From Anthoceros angustus (Eukaryota; Plantae; Anthocerotophyta): DNA of 64,000 bases. The position numbers and the translations under genes are program-made. The notes beneath the pieces are model-generated. The model had not been told where the DNA came from. It ran no database searches and saw only the letters and a program-made list of their open reading frames with translations. Positions 61,325-64,000 of this stretch are shown here, in pieces (position 1 is the first letter of the stretch; the number at the start of each line of letters is the position of its first letter). The DNA is taken from the NCBI GenBank assembly GCA_010909165.1, contig MU008158.1, positions 2,319,478 to 2,383,477 of the forward strand. Direction: 5' to 3'.

Positions 61325-63739
61325 TAGTTAAAATATCTATCTTGATCTCTAGCTAGTATATGTTTTAGACCCCACGTATTCTTACATGTAAGCGGAAAGC
61401 CAACCACAATACTTAAGTTGCTGATGAGTAGATTTTGGGTTAAGATAAATCCTAACTGAGTCAACTTAATTTAATCATAATTATATATAGACATAATATA
61501 TATATGTATTTATATAAAATAAAATTAATATGAATCTCTATTGAATCAATCACTGATTATTCATTATTATTTGTGGATTTCCATGTAATAAATAGTAAAT
61601 AAGAATAATAAAAATAAAACATAAGACTAAAAACAGTTCTAAATAACCGATAACCGAATTGCCGAATAACCGATACACATTGAACTGCTGGATTGGTCAT
61701 GGCAATGTAAAGCTTTGGCTTCCAAGCCTAATAAAAGACGAAGTGAGGGGACATCCTGGGTAACGCGTTTTCCACGCCGCAAGCATCTTTCTTGTCGTGT
61801 GCAGGCCTCGGCTTGTGCTGCGTTTCTCAGCTGTGAGCACATGAGCTCATTTTCGCGTGGGGGTGGTTATGAGGTTATTACAACAGCTTGCTAATCTCAT
61901 CGTGCCGGAGGTGGAGGGAAGGGGGAAGCATGGCGGGGGCCACGGAAAATAGGGCGATCGGAACGAGTGCCATATGGCAGACTAAGCGGGCCGGGCTTTT
62001 TTTTGGGCTTACGCTACACGACGTGAGATAAGGCCAGACTCGTCACCCCCGGATCTCTCTTCAGGTGAGTACCTCCCTCCGGTCCAGGACTCCAGATGGC
62101 CGCAGAGCGAACGGCGAACACTGTGGGAGCCTCGTGGGGCAAAGCTTGCGGGCATGCAACAAGGAAGCCGTGCGGAAGTTTCCGTTTCCGTTTCCAGTAT
62201 CATAACTCCCCAAGGCCAGCTAAAAGCTCTCGGGTGCCAGCTCTAAATGTCCTGTCGCCCCCGCACCGCACCACGCCTCCCAACGGACGCGAATGAAACC
62301 CCCGGGTGCGTAGGAAACGCGCTGGTGGTGCTGGAGGAGGAGAAGCAAGAGATGTGGCCAGTGTTAGTGAGGAGTCGGGACAAACGGTGGTGGGTGGCTT
62401 TGGTACAGCCGGCGGACGGTTGAGTAGGTACAAGGTGTTTACATTTTGTAACAGAGTGCGGCTCTCAGACAGCAAAAGTTGCAGGTCGGATTCACCCACA
62501 GCGGGATAGGCCAGGCTAGGCTGTTGCTGAGGCCGATGGGCGATTCATGCGGGTAACGGTCACAGCCCTGCGAAGGAAGAGGTAGGTACTGTAGTTGCAG
62601 CCTTGCAGGCCGGATGCCTCCACTGTGGGACACGTTCCATTTCTTAATGCGAGTCCCCCGCCTGCCTGCTCTCTCTTGCTGGCAGCCTGGGCAGGTATTG
62701 TGGGTCGTCTTGCTGGGCTGCTCCTCCCCGCCCAGTGGCCTCCGCACGCGGCTCTGTCCTCAGGCGCCTCAGTTCCCTTGCGTTCTCCGCTGCCGCCGTA
62801 TCCCGGTTTGTGGGTCGCTCAGCCGGGGTGCAATTCGCCTCATTCTCCCCCGCACAGCGTGTCTCTCCTCATTTCCGCCTTCTGTTCTTCGGGATCTGCG
62901 TGCGCTGCGAGCCAGCTCGATCCCCACAGGCGGAGCTCTGTCCGCCGGTTGCGGCAATTGGGCTGCGCTGTGCCGTGGTGGGCGGTCCCGGAGCTGAAGT
63001 GTTGCGGCGCGGAGTCAGGCCCAGGATTTCCTCACCTGCCAGGCTGCGGGAGATCGCGACAACAGTACGATCCTGGCTCATCTGGAGATACCGCCCGATT
63101 GCGGATGAGGAGGTGGGTCGATTTGAAGATCGGGCCCCGGGAAGCAGTCTGAGACTGTGTTCAGCGGCGGTTGGAATTTTCCCGATGGATTCGCAGCAGC
63201 GGAATGGACCCGCTCGGATTTGCGCGGAAGCGGGAGGCGGGCGTCTTTGAGAGGATGGTCTTTCGGGGGCAGACAAGCTTCAGAGTACAGCTCTACCTGC
63301 TGTGGATGGAAGTTTTCCGGACCAGATCAATCGAGCGCCACACGCCCCAAATTCAATGCACCACTCCTGTGCGCACGAGGAGAGGACGTTAGCAGGGATC
63401 GGGTTCGATCGTTTGTAGGCTCGAGGTAGAAGCGTGGATTTTGGGGAGCGCCCTCTGCTCTTTTGAGGAGGCCCGCTTCATCTGCAATCGTTGCTGGAGA
63501 TGAATGCTTCAGTACCAGATGGATTGGAAGGATGAGGTGACTTGGTGACTTGGCGCCCTTCCGATTGGAAACTTGTGCCGGACAGATCCCCGACAGATTT
63601 TATGAACACGTGTCCAGGATCTGTGTGGAAAATCTGGAGAAATAGCTTTGATCAGCGGCTCTAGCACAGGTGCTCCATCTTGAGGGCAACAGAGGACAGG
63701 GGACTGCAGGCAACACAGGAGGAGCACCAAGTGCGCAGA

Positions 63740-64000
63740 ATGTCTGCATGGAAGCCGTCTGCGGTGGCCTCCTCCTTCATCATTCTACTTCTTGTATCAG
63801 GGCCCATGCCAAGCTGTGCAGCTCCCAACTTCACAGTCTCGCCGGATGGTACTGATTTTGGCCTCTCGCTTTTCGGTTGGAATGTCCAGTCATGTGCGTC
63901 TGACAGCTCGGTTTTCTTTGTCTTCAGAGGCTCCGCTGCTGGCATTCAAGAGTTCTATTCAGCAGGACCCATTTGGCGCACTGGACGACTGGGTTCCCGG
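63740..64000 (+). CDS. Start of a probable secreted/receptor-like protein, running off the window end
   Basis: Open frame MSAWKPSAVASSFIILLLVSGPMPSCAAPNFTVSPDGTDFGLSLFGWNV... has no stop before the window end. It has a hydrophobic signal-peptide-like N-terminus, and SPDGTDFGLSLF loosely resembles the B-lectin S.nG.FeLGFF motif. Confidence 0.4.
   Translation, partial: MSAWKPSAVASSFIILLLVSGPMPSCAAPNFTVSPDGTDFGLSLFGWNVQSCASDSSVFFVFRGSAAGIQEFYSAGPIWRTGRLGSR

Noticed and set aside
61990-63730. GC-rich region with many overlapping ORFs and a CAG|GTGAGT donor at ~62065
   Set aside because: It probably belongs to a gene or 5' leader, but no frame gave a recognisable protein, so no call was made.

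Overview
Eukaryotic nuclear DNA from a green plant. Short GT-AG introns, plant-type AP3M/Lsi2/TAF12/A20-AN1 genes and a bacterial-type glutamine synthetase (GSIIB) point to a bryophyte or streptophyte alga (inference). (1) 69-1994: an XS-domain coiled-coil gene. (2) ~2.25-31.7 kb: a ~29 kb candidate giant DNA transposon with related subterminal motifs at both ends. It contains an intron-containing DDD-type (Sola-like) transposase placed head-to-head with a gene encoding a ParB-like domain plus a beta-class N6-adenine/N4-cytosine DNA methyltransferase. It also holds a ~3.3 kb internal tandem duplication, several unidentified cargo ORFs and internal repeat arrays. All element ORFs are frameshifted, but the two duplicated copies differ mostly by small indels, so some of the apparent decay may be assembly error. 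(3) 32-57 kb: host genes. These are a segmentally duplicated DUF674/Lsi2 cluster, Lsi2, AP3M, a divergent TAF12, an A20/AN1 zinc-finger gene and GSIIB. (4) 57-64 kb: AT-rich DNA with a LINE 3' remnant, tRNA-Leu(CAA)-derived repeats and the start of a probable secreted or receptor-like gene. The most notable item is the transposase plus ParB-methyltransferase module. All domain calls are by-eye motif recognition; no database searches were run.
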